A DNA stretch of 64,000 nucleotides from a bacterium. Lineage in GTDB: Bacteria > Chlamydiota > Chlamydiia > Chlamydiales > SM23-39. The stretch lies in assembly GCA_021809325.1 (NCBI GenBank), contig JAKBAE010000001.1:20397-84396 (forward strand), in the 5' to 3' direction. Numbering within the stretch: position 1 is the first letter of the stretch; each line of letters begins with the position of its first letter. Of this stretch, positions 38,701 to 45,830 are shown piece by piece. The notes under the pieces were generated by a model. The model had not been told where the DNA came from, made no database searches, and worked only from the letters and a program-made list of their open reading frames with translations. The position numbers and the translations under genes are program-made.

Positions 38701-39562
38701 CCTGGCGATGCATGAGTTGAACGACCAGAACCTCCGATTGTTTTTGCATCTCGGCCATCGCTCCCTTTGTAGGAGGTGTGTCGAGAGAAGCTAAGACCGC
38801 CGCCGCTTTCTCTCCAAGCTCCGGGGTTGTGACGATGAAGATCGTATTAGCAAGAGACTGTGGGACGAGGATAAACGGGCTTCCTTGAGCGATCGGGTTC
38901 ATGATCTGATGGGCTAAATTGATCAGATAGTCGGGATTGTTGAACTGAACCTGATAGCTCCGGATTTCTATGGGGGAGTGGGGGGTATCGAGATTTTCGA
39001 TCAAGGCCGCGGCTTTATCGACGCTTGCGGTGATGTCGGTCAAGATGAGCTGGTGCGTTTCTTGCGAGACCTCGATCAGGGCGTCGCTTGAGATCATCGG
39101 CTGGAGGATCGCTGCGATCGAACCGGGGTTGGCATACTTGATGCGGAAGACCCTAGTTACGATTGGAGCGGTGGATTTGTCTTCGAAGACGAGGGAGGCA
39201 ATCTCCCGCACTGCTGGGTTTTTGTGGATGACGAGACTGTTTCCTTGTTCGAGAAGCGCTAATCCATGGATTCTCAGCGTTTGCAGCAGCGTTGCCATTA
39301 CATTTTCAGGTGTGATCGGCGCGTCTGAGACAACAGTTACAGTAAATTGCAAATCTTCTTCGCTGAAGATGAAATTAATGTTGCAAATTTTGCTTGCAAA
39401 TCGAATGTATTCAATGATCGAGATCGTGTTATAATTAATCGTGTAGCCCTCTTGCATCGGGGGCGTTGGATCGGTTTCTTCAGCGTGCAAGAAAATAGGT
39501 GTGAATACAAGCAGGAGCAGTGCGCTGAGATAGATGAGAAAATGTCTTTGGCTCAGATTCAT
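35732..39562 (-). CDS. sctC: type III secretion secretin SctC (CdsC), with an expanded N-domain array
   Basis: ATG at 39562 gives MNLSQRHFLIYLSALLLLVFTPIFLHA (signal peptide). N0-like domain, about 10 ring-building N-modules, then the secretin core (VFIEMLVLQTS..., GIPCLGGLPLIGAAFS). Confidence 0.93.
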   Translation of the reverse strand: MNLSQRHFLIYLSALLLLVFTPIFLHAEETDPTPPMQEGYTINYNTISIIEYIRFASKICNINFIFSEEDLQFTVTVVSDAPITPENVMATLLQTLRIHGLALLEQGNSLVIHKNPAVREIASLVFEDKSTAPIVTRVFRIKYANPGSIAAILQPMISSDALIEVSQETHQLILTDITASVDKAAALIENLDTPHSPIEIRSYQVQFNNPDYLINLAHQIMNPIAQGSPFILVPQSLANTIFIVTTPELGEKAAAVLASLDTPPTKGAMAEMQKQSEVLVVQLMHRQGNDVLQNLKEIATRMQGTPGIEEAIDNANWIKDTNTLVFVANPAVNAKLKEVISSLDTGSKASELTAAAGKVIGQANFAVYKIQMADPGDLQDALKAFSSNLSKAKVDPELVRTIDGMKYIKQTHSILFTGPNEAIQRAQDLAQQFDTGTEAIASSSQFLIYKPKSLTGEEIVRAMKDYKDSLQSSDLKDPALLRALGSMKYVKNTNSILFTGDPASLKRLDQLLSTIDVPKQTPIEVKPGYSIYKVQNTTGDVIEEDLDNLIKNMQSTGMKETPLMKVLENIRYVKATNSLLLTGEPAAVTEAEAIIAKYDYPRKAAPSGPGNFFLYKPQNQSAAAIEKSLRDIASNLQQSALADPQLLSAIGSMKYVESTNSLIFTGSPEAIQKIQAMLKDIDIPTQKHAPIQHIGKTTFLLYKLQNASPTQITTSLKAISTDLKKSGAADKEFVSALSSMKYVKETNSLMFTGTEDALGKVQNLVEKFDVASLAAPKPQLTLPTSTGGPSNFFIYRPQATTAEELGKTINDFAENLKLSGLNDPDLFQSIESMRFVSNSQSLLFTGNPKTLDRVKELLREFDVPSPKEETAAPAASEIQSIDNTSFLVYKLQFHRGDEIQGALRQIGNDLKTSKATVNEGLLNAIQSIQWLEVTNSLLCSGDAETLTKLRELIKNLDIPLKQVFIEMLVLQTSLTNAVDFGLEWGGKIKYKNKFSGSFNNLLPTDTVSNGTFSSNLQNITASNTPVPTDIPFSSGFDLGVIGDIIMHKSQSFLSLGSLLNAIQTDGETSVVLTPKIIAQDGKTSTVFVGQNVPFAGSFISNQSANTVTTSNLEYRNIGFSLSITPVLGNSNIITLELTIDNSSESTDSSGATFDFQAGQASGITTNQANLQTTVHVPDRHFLILSGMVNNSNSKQAAGIPCLGGLPLIGAAFSQNNQLDSLNSLVIFIRPTILNSLDEMKKLTADQEEFFREQTGTPFLEHNFDEAMEYIKSPEDE
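36689..39157 (-). repeat. tandem array of ~10 secretin N-domain modules inside sctC (seven very regular, period 81-94 aa)
   Basis: The regular units all read F.(I/V/L)YK.Q......(I/L)......L....L.DP.L...(I/L).SM(K/R)Y(V/I)..TNS(I/L)(I/L/M)FTG.......(V/I)..L....D. In the coordinates of the 1316-aa track ORF they start at aa 405, 486, 569, 652, 739, 832 and 926. Confidence 0.8.
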
Positions 39563-39716
39563 GCGTGTAGATTCGCAATTCGTATAGGTGGACCTGCTTG
39601 AATCGTAAAATACCCGCTCAATTATTGCAATGGCCCAAGAGGAAAATCTCCCTCTTTTTTTAGATGAAAATCGATGTGTCATTTTTATAAAAAACTTTTA
39701 CCAAAATAAAATACTT

Positions 39717-40868
39717 TTAAGCTGTCTCGAGAATGCGGATTCCGAGCTGTTCGCCTAGATAGACGATCTCTGCCCTGCCAACTTTTTGTCCGTTGACAGT
39801 GAGGACGACTCCCTGCTGCGGGTCGATCGGGAGTTCGAGAAAGTTACCGGGGGATAGTTTCATGAGCTGGTCTACCGACATGCGCAGGCGTGCGAGCTCG
39901 ACGGTCACAAAGAGGGGAAAATCTTTGACGGCCATCGATTTTCCTTCTTCCGGGGGGATGGCATTCTCTTGTGGTAGTTCAGGAACGGATTCGTTTTCCA
40001 GTTCGGGAGAAGGTTCTTTTGTTTCCATATCTTCCTCATAGAATAGCGCGTAATCGAGCAGTTTGATCTTGTTTTCTTTAATGGCGACGTGAAAGAGCGG
40101 TGTAGAGCCTAGCATCAAGGTTGCGGCGCCGGTTTTTTGTTTTGCGTCGTAACTTCCTTTGTCGAGGAGGACGAAATCTCCTTTTTTCAGGTTTTTCCAC
40201 TCTTGGGCCCTCAAAAGGATGCTCCCCGTTTTCACGCCGATAGGCACCTCGATGCTTTTTGCAAGAGGGGAGAGGGAAAAAATCTCGCGCAGCGATGCGA
40301 AATGTCTTTGCCAAGAGGTCATCAAATGCGAGCTGATGATAAGGCGTCCCCAGCAGCTCTTTTCTTCGAAAGAAAGTTTGATGTCTGCGCACCAGCAAGC
40401 TTCTTGGGGGAGGGGAGCCTCTTCATCGAGTTTTAGAGAGATCTCTTTCAGCGGCTCTTGGGATTGGAGCGCATCGAGCGCATTGAGAGCCAGATAGCGG
40501 TAAAAACCCTCTTGCAAGATCTCGGAGCCGACGCTTGGGCCTTGGGCCTTTCCGTTTAAAAGCCATGAGGTGAGGGAAGCGATATCTTTTTTGTCCATGA
40601 CCCAGAAGAGCTCTCCGCTCAGCGGCGTCAGTGTAGCTCCGAGGGTAAGCAAATTACTGCCGAGCCCCTCGGTGAGATGGAAGGCTTCTTGCCATGAACA
40701 CTCTCCCAATTCTAAAGCAAGGCCGCTGACCCCGAAGCAAGAGGAGATGGAAGAAGAGATCTTCTCAAGATCGAACCTCGGCGCATTTCCGTAGAGGGGG
40801 ATGCGATCTAGAGCAAAAAGCGCTTCGTCAATTTTGCGCACCCAGTGAAGAGGGGCTAGATTTTGCAT
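39717..40868 (-). CDS. sctQ: type III secretion C-ring / sorting-platform protein SctQ (CdsQ)
   Basis: C-terminal SpoA (FliN-like) domain: VTVELARLRMSVDQLMKLSPGNFLELPIDPQQGVVLTVNGQKVGRAEIVYLGEQLGIRILE. Position between sctP and sctC. Confidence 0.9.
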   Translation of the reverse strand: MQNLAPLHWVRKIDEALFALDRIPLYGNAPRFDLEKISSSISSCFGVSGLALELGECSWQEAFHLTEGLGSNLLTLGATLTPLSGELFWVMDKKDIASLTSWLLNGKAQGPSVGSEILQEGFYRYLALNALDALQSQEPLKEISLKLDEEAPLPQEACWCADIKLSFEEKSCWGRLIISSHLMTSWQRHFASLREIFSLSPLAKSIEVPIGVKTGSILLRAQEWKNLKKGDFVLLDKGSYDAKQKTGAATLMLGSTPLFHVAIKENKIKLLDYALFYEEDMETKEPSPELENESVPELPQENAIPPEEGKSMAVKDFPLFVTVELARLRMSVDQLMKLSPGNFLELPIDPQQGVVLTVNGQKVGRAEIVYLGEQLGIRILETA

Positions 40869-40871
40869 GGT

Positions 40872-42098
40872 CTACTCCTCCGATCCTTCGTCTGATTCTT
40901 CTTCTTTATCCCGATGGGAAGACCATCTTGAAGAGAGAGCTGTTTCTAAGCGCACGACGCGAAAATCGATCTCGCGGTTATCGTAAGCCACCTGAAAGGC
41001 CATTTTGAGGTTTGAGAGGTTTTGATCAAAAATCTGGACCGCTTGGGGAGATCCTTGCAGGTAGATATTTAGTGAGCCCGGAGCGGTTTTATGCTGTTCG
41101 ATGACAACGGTTGTATTGTTAAAAGGAGACTGGTTCAGCTCTGCTCCTCTCAAAACGATCTCGGTACGGCTCACGCCCGGAGTCGTTGCTTGAACAAAGA
41201 TGATGGCTTTGACGAGCTGTTGAAATAGGACTTCGGTTACCGGATTTAAATACGAGGCAGCCGCAACTTGGGCATTTTGGGCGATGAAGCCGAACTGTGC
41301 GGGAAGGGGATCGGGCAAGATGAGCGGTTTTTCTTCGCGCTCTTTGTCGGCCTCGCTTTTTTGCTCGATTTTGGAGGCAGGGCCCTTTTTCTCTTTGGGA
41401 GCAGGGCTTTGCCTTTCCAATTGCTGTTTTGGCTTTTCTTCGCGGCTGCTTGGACGAAGAGCTCTGGCGGCGGCTTCTTCATCCGTTCCTTTTTTTGGAG
41501 GCGGCGAGACCGAGGCGAGGAGTTCTTGCTGGGAGTTGAGTTTTGTTTCTTTCTTTGCAAGCGGGGTATGCTCGCCGGCCTGGCGCTTTCTTTTCATAGG
41601 GGCTAAACTTGGCTCTGACCTTTCCTCAAAATTCCTGCGGGGCGGCGGGTCGTCCGGCATGTCGAAGTCTTGCCAGAATGAATCTGATTGCGGAAGTTCA
41701 TTTTTTAGATGGGACGGAGGCCTTGCCACCGGTTCATCGATCGAAGGAGGAGGAAATTCCGGAGGTGTTTCAATGATTTTGTCTGCTAGGCGCTCGAAGC
41801 CTTCGGGAGCCGGATTTGAGGGGATCATTGAAGTTGGCCGCTCAGGGGCTGAAATTTTTCCCTCGATAGTTTGATAGCTGTGAGCGAGCTCTAGCGGGGA
41901 TGGGGAGAGGAAAGGAGGAAGGGCGTTCTTATTTTCTTTTGCAGGGGTTGGAAATGGGTGGCGGAGTTTTTCTTTGTCTTGGCTGTGCAACTCGTGTGTT
42001 TTTTCGATTTTCGGGAGTATTTTTTGAAGGGGGTCTTGATGCAAATCTGAGCTGTTGGATGGATCAAGAGAGCCAAAGTTGCCAATTCCGTTTATCAT
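40872..42098 (-). CDS. sctP: type III secretion needle-length / substrate-switch protein SctP (CdsP)-like
   Basis: Pro/Glu/Lys-rich disordered N-terminal two-thirds. The globular C-terminus (TEIVLRGAELNQSPFNNTTVVIEQHKTAPGSLNIYLQGSPQAVQIF) has the look of a T3S4/FliK C-terminal domain. Position as for CT671. Confidence 0.65.
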   Translation of the reverse strand: MINGIGNFGSLDPSNSSDLHQDPLQKILPKIEKTHELHSQDKEKLRHPFPTPAKENKNALPPFLSPSPLELAHSYQTIEGKISAPERPTSMIPSNPAPEGFERLADKIIETPPEFPPPSIDEPVARPPSHLKNELPQSDSFWQDFDMPDDPPPRRNFEERSEPSLAPMKRKRQAGEHTPLAKKETKLNSQQELLASVSPPPKKGTDEEAAARALRPSSREEKPKQQLERQSPAPKEKKGPASKIEQKSEADKEREEKPLILPDPLPAQFGFIAQNAQVAAASYLNPVTEVLFQQLVKAIIFVQATTPGVSRTEIVLRGAELNQSPFNNTTVVIEQHKTAPGSLNIYLQGSPQAVQIFDQNLSNLKMAFQVAYDNREIDFRVVRLETALSSRWSSHRDKEEESDEGSEE

Positions 42099-42241
42099 AA
42101 AAACCTACGTAAGGAGCGAGCCGGGAGATGTACTCGCCATACCTAGACTTTAAAATGGAAAAAATAAAAGATCAATTCGCATTATTTTTTTGAGGCAAAG
42201 TTGCTTGATATACCGCTAACAACTTCTCTTACCTCAGCCCT

Positions 42242-42296
42242 GTGTTTTTTCATCAGCTTTAGAGTTTTGCTGAAACGCGGAGATCGCGGAGAAAAA
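42242..42296. mobile_element. ~55-nt fragment related to the IS5-like transposase remnant at 48353-48400, in the sctO-sctP spacer
   Basis: GTGTtTTTTCATCAGCTTTAGAG...GAGATCGCGGAGAAAA matches 48353-48400 (GTGTaTTTTCATCAGCTTTAGAG...AGAGATCGCGGAGAAAA). Confidence 0.4.
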
Positions 42297-42371
42297 AAAC
42301 GGGCCTTGCTCGGAGAAAGAGAGAAGCATTCAAACAATGATGAAAAGAACTCGATCTTTCAGCTTGAAAAC

Positions 42372-42890
42372 TTACTCTTTCGAGTTTTTGCTTCTCTCGG
42401 CATCGCGTTTGCGAAGAGTATGGGTTGCAGAGCCTTGCTCATCTTGTTCCGCACCCTCTTTTCTCTCTGTCCAGTAGTGCATCTCTTTTTCCCATTCGGC
42501 CTTGTGCATTTCCAGTTTTTCGAGATCCTTTTTTTTCTGGAAAACCTCTTCGGTCGCCGCATCGACTTGTTTTTGCGCCAGATCGAGAGCTTTTTGGGCT
42601 TCGACGACTTTTTTCTCTTTTTCGGCCAGCTTTTCGTCGACGATTTTGAGATAGCCTTTCATTTGCTGGATTTTGTCGGTTGTCGTTCCGCTGTCGAGCT
42701 CCTCTCGCAGCTGGGTCAGTTTCGCTGTTTTATGCTCGAAAACAGAGTCCCTTTCCTCTTTTGCCGCTGTGAGCTTTTGAGACGCCTGCTCTAGAAGCAG
42801 CTTTTTTGCTTCAAGCGTTTTGATTGCTTGGTCGAAGCGGTTTTGCTTGATCGTCATCAACTGTTCGAGAGGATAGGTCAAAGGCTTCAT
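42372..42890 (-). CDS. sctO: type III secretion stalk protein SctO (CdsO)-like
   Basis: 172-aa protein, almost entirely coiled coil. Its start overlaps the sctN stop by 4 nt. Position and size match CT670. Confidence 0.65.
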   Translation of the reverse strand: MKPLTYPLEQLMTIKQNRFDQAIKTLEAKKLLLEQASQKLTAAKEERDSVFEHKTAKLTQLREELDSGTTTDKIQQMKGYLKIVDEKLAEKEKKVVEAQKALDLAQKQVDAATEEVFQKKKDLEKLEMHKAEWEKEMHYWTERKEGAEQDEQGSATHTLRKRDAERSKNSKE

Positions 42891-44197
42891 ACGAAGAGGC
42901 TCTTCAGCATGCGAAGTGTCTCTTCAAAGGTGATTTTCTCTTCAACTTGCTGTTTGAGAAAGCGGTTCACTTTGTCGATATATTTCAAGGCGAAATCGGC
43001 GTTTTTGTCCGATCCGGGCTTGTATTCGCCGATGCGGATGAGCAGTTCGTTTTTCTTGTAGTTGGCCAGCACTTCGCGCACTTTCCCGATGAGATCGAGA
43101 TGCTGCCTCTCTACAATGCTCGGCAAAATTCGGCTGACCGAGGCAAGGACATCGATCGCGGGGTAGTGGTACTGCCGCGCCAGCTCGGAAGAGAGGATAA
43201 TATGTCCGTCCAAGATGGAGCGCACTTCGTCGGCCACAGGCTCATTCAGATCGTCCCCTGCGACGAGGATCGTATAAAATGCGGTGATAGAGCCTTTGGC
43301 GGAGTTGCCCGATCTCTCGAGCAGTCTTGGGAGTATGGCGAATACTGACGGCGTGTAGCCTGCCCTCGCGGGCGGCTCTCCTGCGGCAAGTCCGATTTCT
43401 CGGAGCGCTCTTGCAAAACGGGTAACCGAATCCATCATTAAGATCACCGATTTGCCCTTATCGCGGAAATACTCTGCGATAGCCGTTCCTACATATCCAG
43501 CGTTAAGCCGCATCTGCGCTGCTTGGTCCGAGGTCGAGACGATGATGACGGAGCGCTTCAGCCCTTCTTCGCCGAGATCGTTGAGAAGAAACTCCCTCAC
43601 TTCGCGCCCGCGCTCGCCGATCAAAGAGATGACGTTGATATCGGCGACGGCGTTGCGTGCGATCATGCCGAGCAAGGTTGATTTTCCGACACCTGCCGCG
43701 GCAAAGATACCCACTCTTTGCCCCTTGCCGCAGGTCAAAACGGCGTCAATCGAACGGACGCCGACGGAGAGCGGCTTATCGATGAGCTGGCGGGTGAGTG
43801 GGTCGGGCGGAGAGTTGATGACCGGGTAGCTTTCTTCAGCGCGAAGAGGCCCTTTGCCGTCGATCGGCTGCCCAATGCCGTTGAGGACGCGGCCAAGGAG
43901 CTCCGGACCTACTTTAATGTGCATAGGCATGCGCATCGGGATCACCTCGGAAGAAGGGCCGATCCCCCTCATGTCTCCCATGGGAGAGAGGATCACCTCG
44001 TCTTTAGTGAATCCGACGACTTCGGCTGCCAAAGGCTCTCCCGCCCGCTTGATGAGGCACATCTCGCCCATCTTTACTTGCGGAACGACGGCGCGGATCA
44101 GCATCCCGATCGCCTCGGTGATGCGTCCGTGGACCGTGGTTAGCTCCACATCCTCTAGATGAGACAAGAGCTTATCAAAGGATGGGGTGTGTTCCAT
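42887..44197 (-). CDS. sctN: type III secretion ATPase SctN (CdsN)
   Basis: Walker A GIFAAAGVGKSTLLGMI. Walker B VILMMDSVTRFA. F1/FliI-like fold motifs throughout. Confidence 0.97.
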   Translation of the reverse strand: MEHTPSFDKLLSHLEDVELTTVHGRITEAIGMLIRAVVPQVKMGEMCLIKRAGEPLAAEVVGFTKDEVILSPMGDMRGIGPSSEVIPMRMPMHIKVGPELLGRVLNGIGQPIDGKGPLRAEESYPVINSPPDPLTRQLIDKPLSVGVRSIDAVLTCGKGQRVGIFAAAGVGKSTLLGMIARNAVADINVISLIGERGREVREFLLNDLGEEGLKRSVIIVSTSDQAAQMRLNAGYVGTAIAEYFRDKGKSVILMMDSVTRFARALREIGLAAGEPPARAGYTPSVFAILPRLLERSGNSAKGSITAFYTILVAGDDLNEPVADEVRSILDGHIILSSELARQYHYPAIDVLASVSRILPSIVERQHLDLIGKVREVLANYKKNELLIRIGEYKPGSDKNADFALKYIDKVNRFLKQQVEEKITFEETLRMLKSLFV

Positions 44198-44200
44198 AGA

Positions 44201-44848
44201 TTAAAGCTGTGTATTGAGGAGTTGTGTGAGCGCAGTGACGGCTTTGCTGACCAAAAGGGAGGAATAGTCGATTTCCTGCTGCGCTTGGTTTACCTTTGTT
44301 TGTATGAGTAAAAGCTGTCCCGGATTGATAAACCCCCCTTTTTCGCCTAGTTTCTGCAGGCTGTCTTGCGCAGCGCTGAGCTGGGCCTCTCCGTCTGTGA
44401 GATAGCTAAATACCTTGGCAAGGGGGCCTTTTTCCGTTTGTAAAGGAGGTGCCGGCGGCGGTTCGACTCCGAGTGTTTCGTTGACTGCACGTAAATGGGT
44501 GGCGCTGCTCGATAGCTTGCTTCTCAGCAAGCTTTTTTGCGAATTGGTGAGCTGAAGGTTTTTTGTATTCAGTTTGGTTTGCAGGCTGCCGATCCCATCT
44601 TGGGCCACTCCGATCTGAGCCAAAACTGAGTCTACCGTCGGTTGCGCTTGCGTGAGATTAGCCGCTTGCGGCACTTCTGCAGGAGAGATGCCGGGAGGAG
44701 GGGCTGTAATGCTTTTTTGCAGCCCTTCCGACTCTTGCATTAGCGACTCAAACTCACTTTGAGCGGGGAGTTTCGCAGACTCAGGGCGCCCCTGGATTAG
44801 AGGCTCTCCCGGTGAGATCCTGTCTGGTTTATCTGGAGAGCTTGTCAT
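44201..44848 (-). CDS. conserved chlamydial T3S-cluster protein (CT668 position), function unknown
   Basis: 215 aa. Disordered N-terminus followed by a helical C-terminus. Packed between cdsG and sctN with 3-nt gaps. Confidence 0.5.
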   Translation of the reverse strand: MTSSPDKPDRISPGEPLIQGRPESAKLPAQSEFESLMQESEGLQKSITAPPPGISPAEVPQAANLTQAQPTVDSVLAQIGVAQDGIGSLQTKLNTKNLQLTNSQKSLLRSKLSSSATHLRAVNETLGVEPPPAPPLQTEKGPLAKVFSYLTDGEAQLSAAQDSLQKLGEKGGFINPGQLLLIQTKVNQAQQEIDYSSLLVSKAVTALTQLLNTQL

Positions 44849-44851
44849 ATT

Positions 44852-45286
44852 TTATTTTCTTTTTTGGTGTCCCTCAACAGGCGACGGCGCCTTTTTGATA
44901 AACTTGTTCACAAAATCGAGGGCGGTATCTGAAAGAGTTTGAATCGCCTGATTTTTTGAGTGATGGGCCTCGTGCAAAACTTTCTCTGCTTTAGAGGTCA
45001 TGTTCGGATCCAGGCTCAAAGCGATGCCCAACATGGCTTTTGCCATCTCATTGGAAGGATCTTTTTCCAAAACTTCCTCGTATACTTTGCATGCATTTTT
45101 TAGATCGAGCATGTGGAGATAAAGATAGCCGATCCCCATTTTCGCCAACTGATCGGTTGTATTGAGCTGTTCAGCGGCTCGAAACAGTTTGAACGCTGAA
45201 TCTTCATCCGCCTGATTGACGGCAATATAGCCCGCCTCGACCATGAGAATGTAGTCTTCTTTGTATTTTTCTTTCCAATTTGCCAT
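44852..45286 (-). CDS. cdsG: needle co-chaperone CdsG-like (TPR-like, YscG analogue)
   Basis: 144 aa. Helical-repeat composition (AFKLFRAAEQL.. / ACKVYEEVLEKDPSNEMA). Directly downstream of the needle gene, as for CT667. Confidence 0.6.
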   Translation of the reverse strand: MANWKEKYKEDYILMVEAGYIAVNQADEDSAFKLFRAAEQLNTTDQLAKMGIGYLYLHMLDLKNACKVYEEVLEKDPSNEMAKAMLGIALSLDPNMTSKAEKVLHEAHHSKNQAIQTLSDTALDFVNKFIKKAPSPVEGHQKRK

Positions 45287-45313
45287 AATAAGTCCCTTTC
45301 CTTTTTTGGCTTA

Positions 45314-45562
45314 TTAGCCGCCTTTGAAGTTTCGGATTGAGTTTGAATTAATCGATTGTGTTTGCGAAAGCATGTTTGAGATTGCCTCGCCAACCTGAGT
45401 GACCTGTCCCATGGCAAACTGCAATACCAAAAATTTGCCTGGATTCATACTTGAAAAGTGAGCTGTCATGGACGCCATGCCGGAATAGAGCATATCGTTC
45501 ATGGTCATGAAGTTTTTGAACATCGTGTTGAATGCCGAAGCGGTAGAAATGTGTTCTGACAT
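45314..45562 (-). CDS. sctF: type III secretion needle subunit SctF (CdsF)
   Basis: 82 aa. NPGKFLVLQFAMGQVTQVGEAISNMLSQTQSINSNSIRNF fits the needle-family P..L..LQ.......S....K......I pattern. Flanked by the two small chaperone genes. Confidence 0.75.
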   Translation of the reverse strand: MSEHISTASAFNTMFKNFMTMNDMLYSGMASMTAHFSSMNPGKFLVLQFAMGQVTQVGEAISNMLSQTQSINSNSIRNFKGG

Positions 45563-45573
45563 ATAAATCTCTC

Positions 45574-45813
45574 CTAAGCGCTGATTTTTTTAAGAACTTT
45601 TTGCAAGGCGGTGTAGCCGTGCAGCAAAAGTCCTAAGTTATCGAAGTCATTTTCGTTTACACCTTCTCTCAGGGCCATCTTTACCTCTTGAGCGCGCGAC
45701 ATAGCTTTTTCAAGCAGTTCTTTGCCTCTTGCTGGATTGTCTTTGATTTCCAGCTCCAAGTCATACATGAACTTGGGTGTTGCTTTTTCCTTTTTTTGTT
45801 CGAACATGAACAT
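45574..45813 (-). CDS. cdsE: needle co-chaperone CdsE-like (YscE analogue)
   Basis: 79-aa helical hairpin-type protein immediately upstream of sctF, as for CT665. Confidence 0.55.
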   Translation of the reverse strand: MFMFEQKKEKATPKFMYDLELEIKDNPARGKELLEKAMSRAQEVKMALREGVNENDFDNLGLLLHGYTALQKVLKKISA

Positions 45814-45830
45814 TCTCCTTTCCGGCTGTG

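Noticed and set aside
36333..39434. Numerous 80-190 aa plus-strand ORFs inside sctC
   Set aside because: All are antisense to the secretin gene, whose identity is secure. None has recognisable motifs.
42201..42794. 197-aa plus-strand ORF spanning the sctO-sctP gap and antisense to sctO
   Set aside because: Most of it is antisense to the coiled-coil sctO gene, a classic source of long antisense ORFs because of codon periodicity. The 5' part is the IS-derived fragment. There is no independent support.
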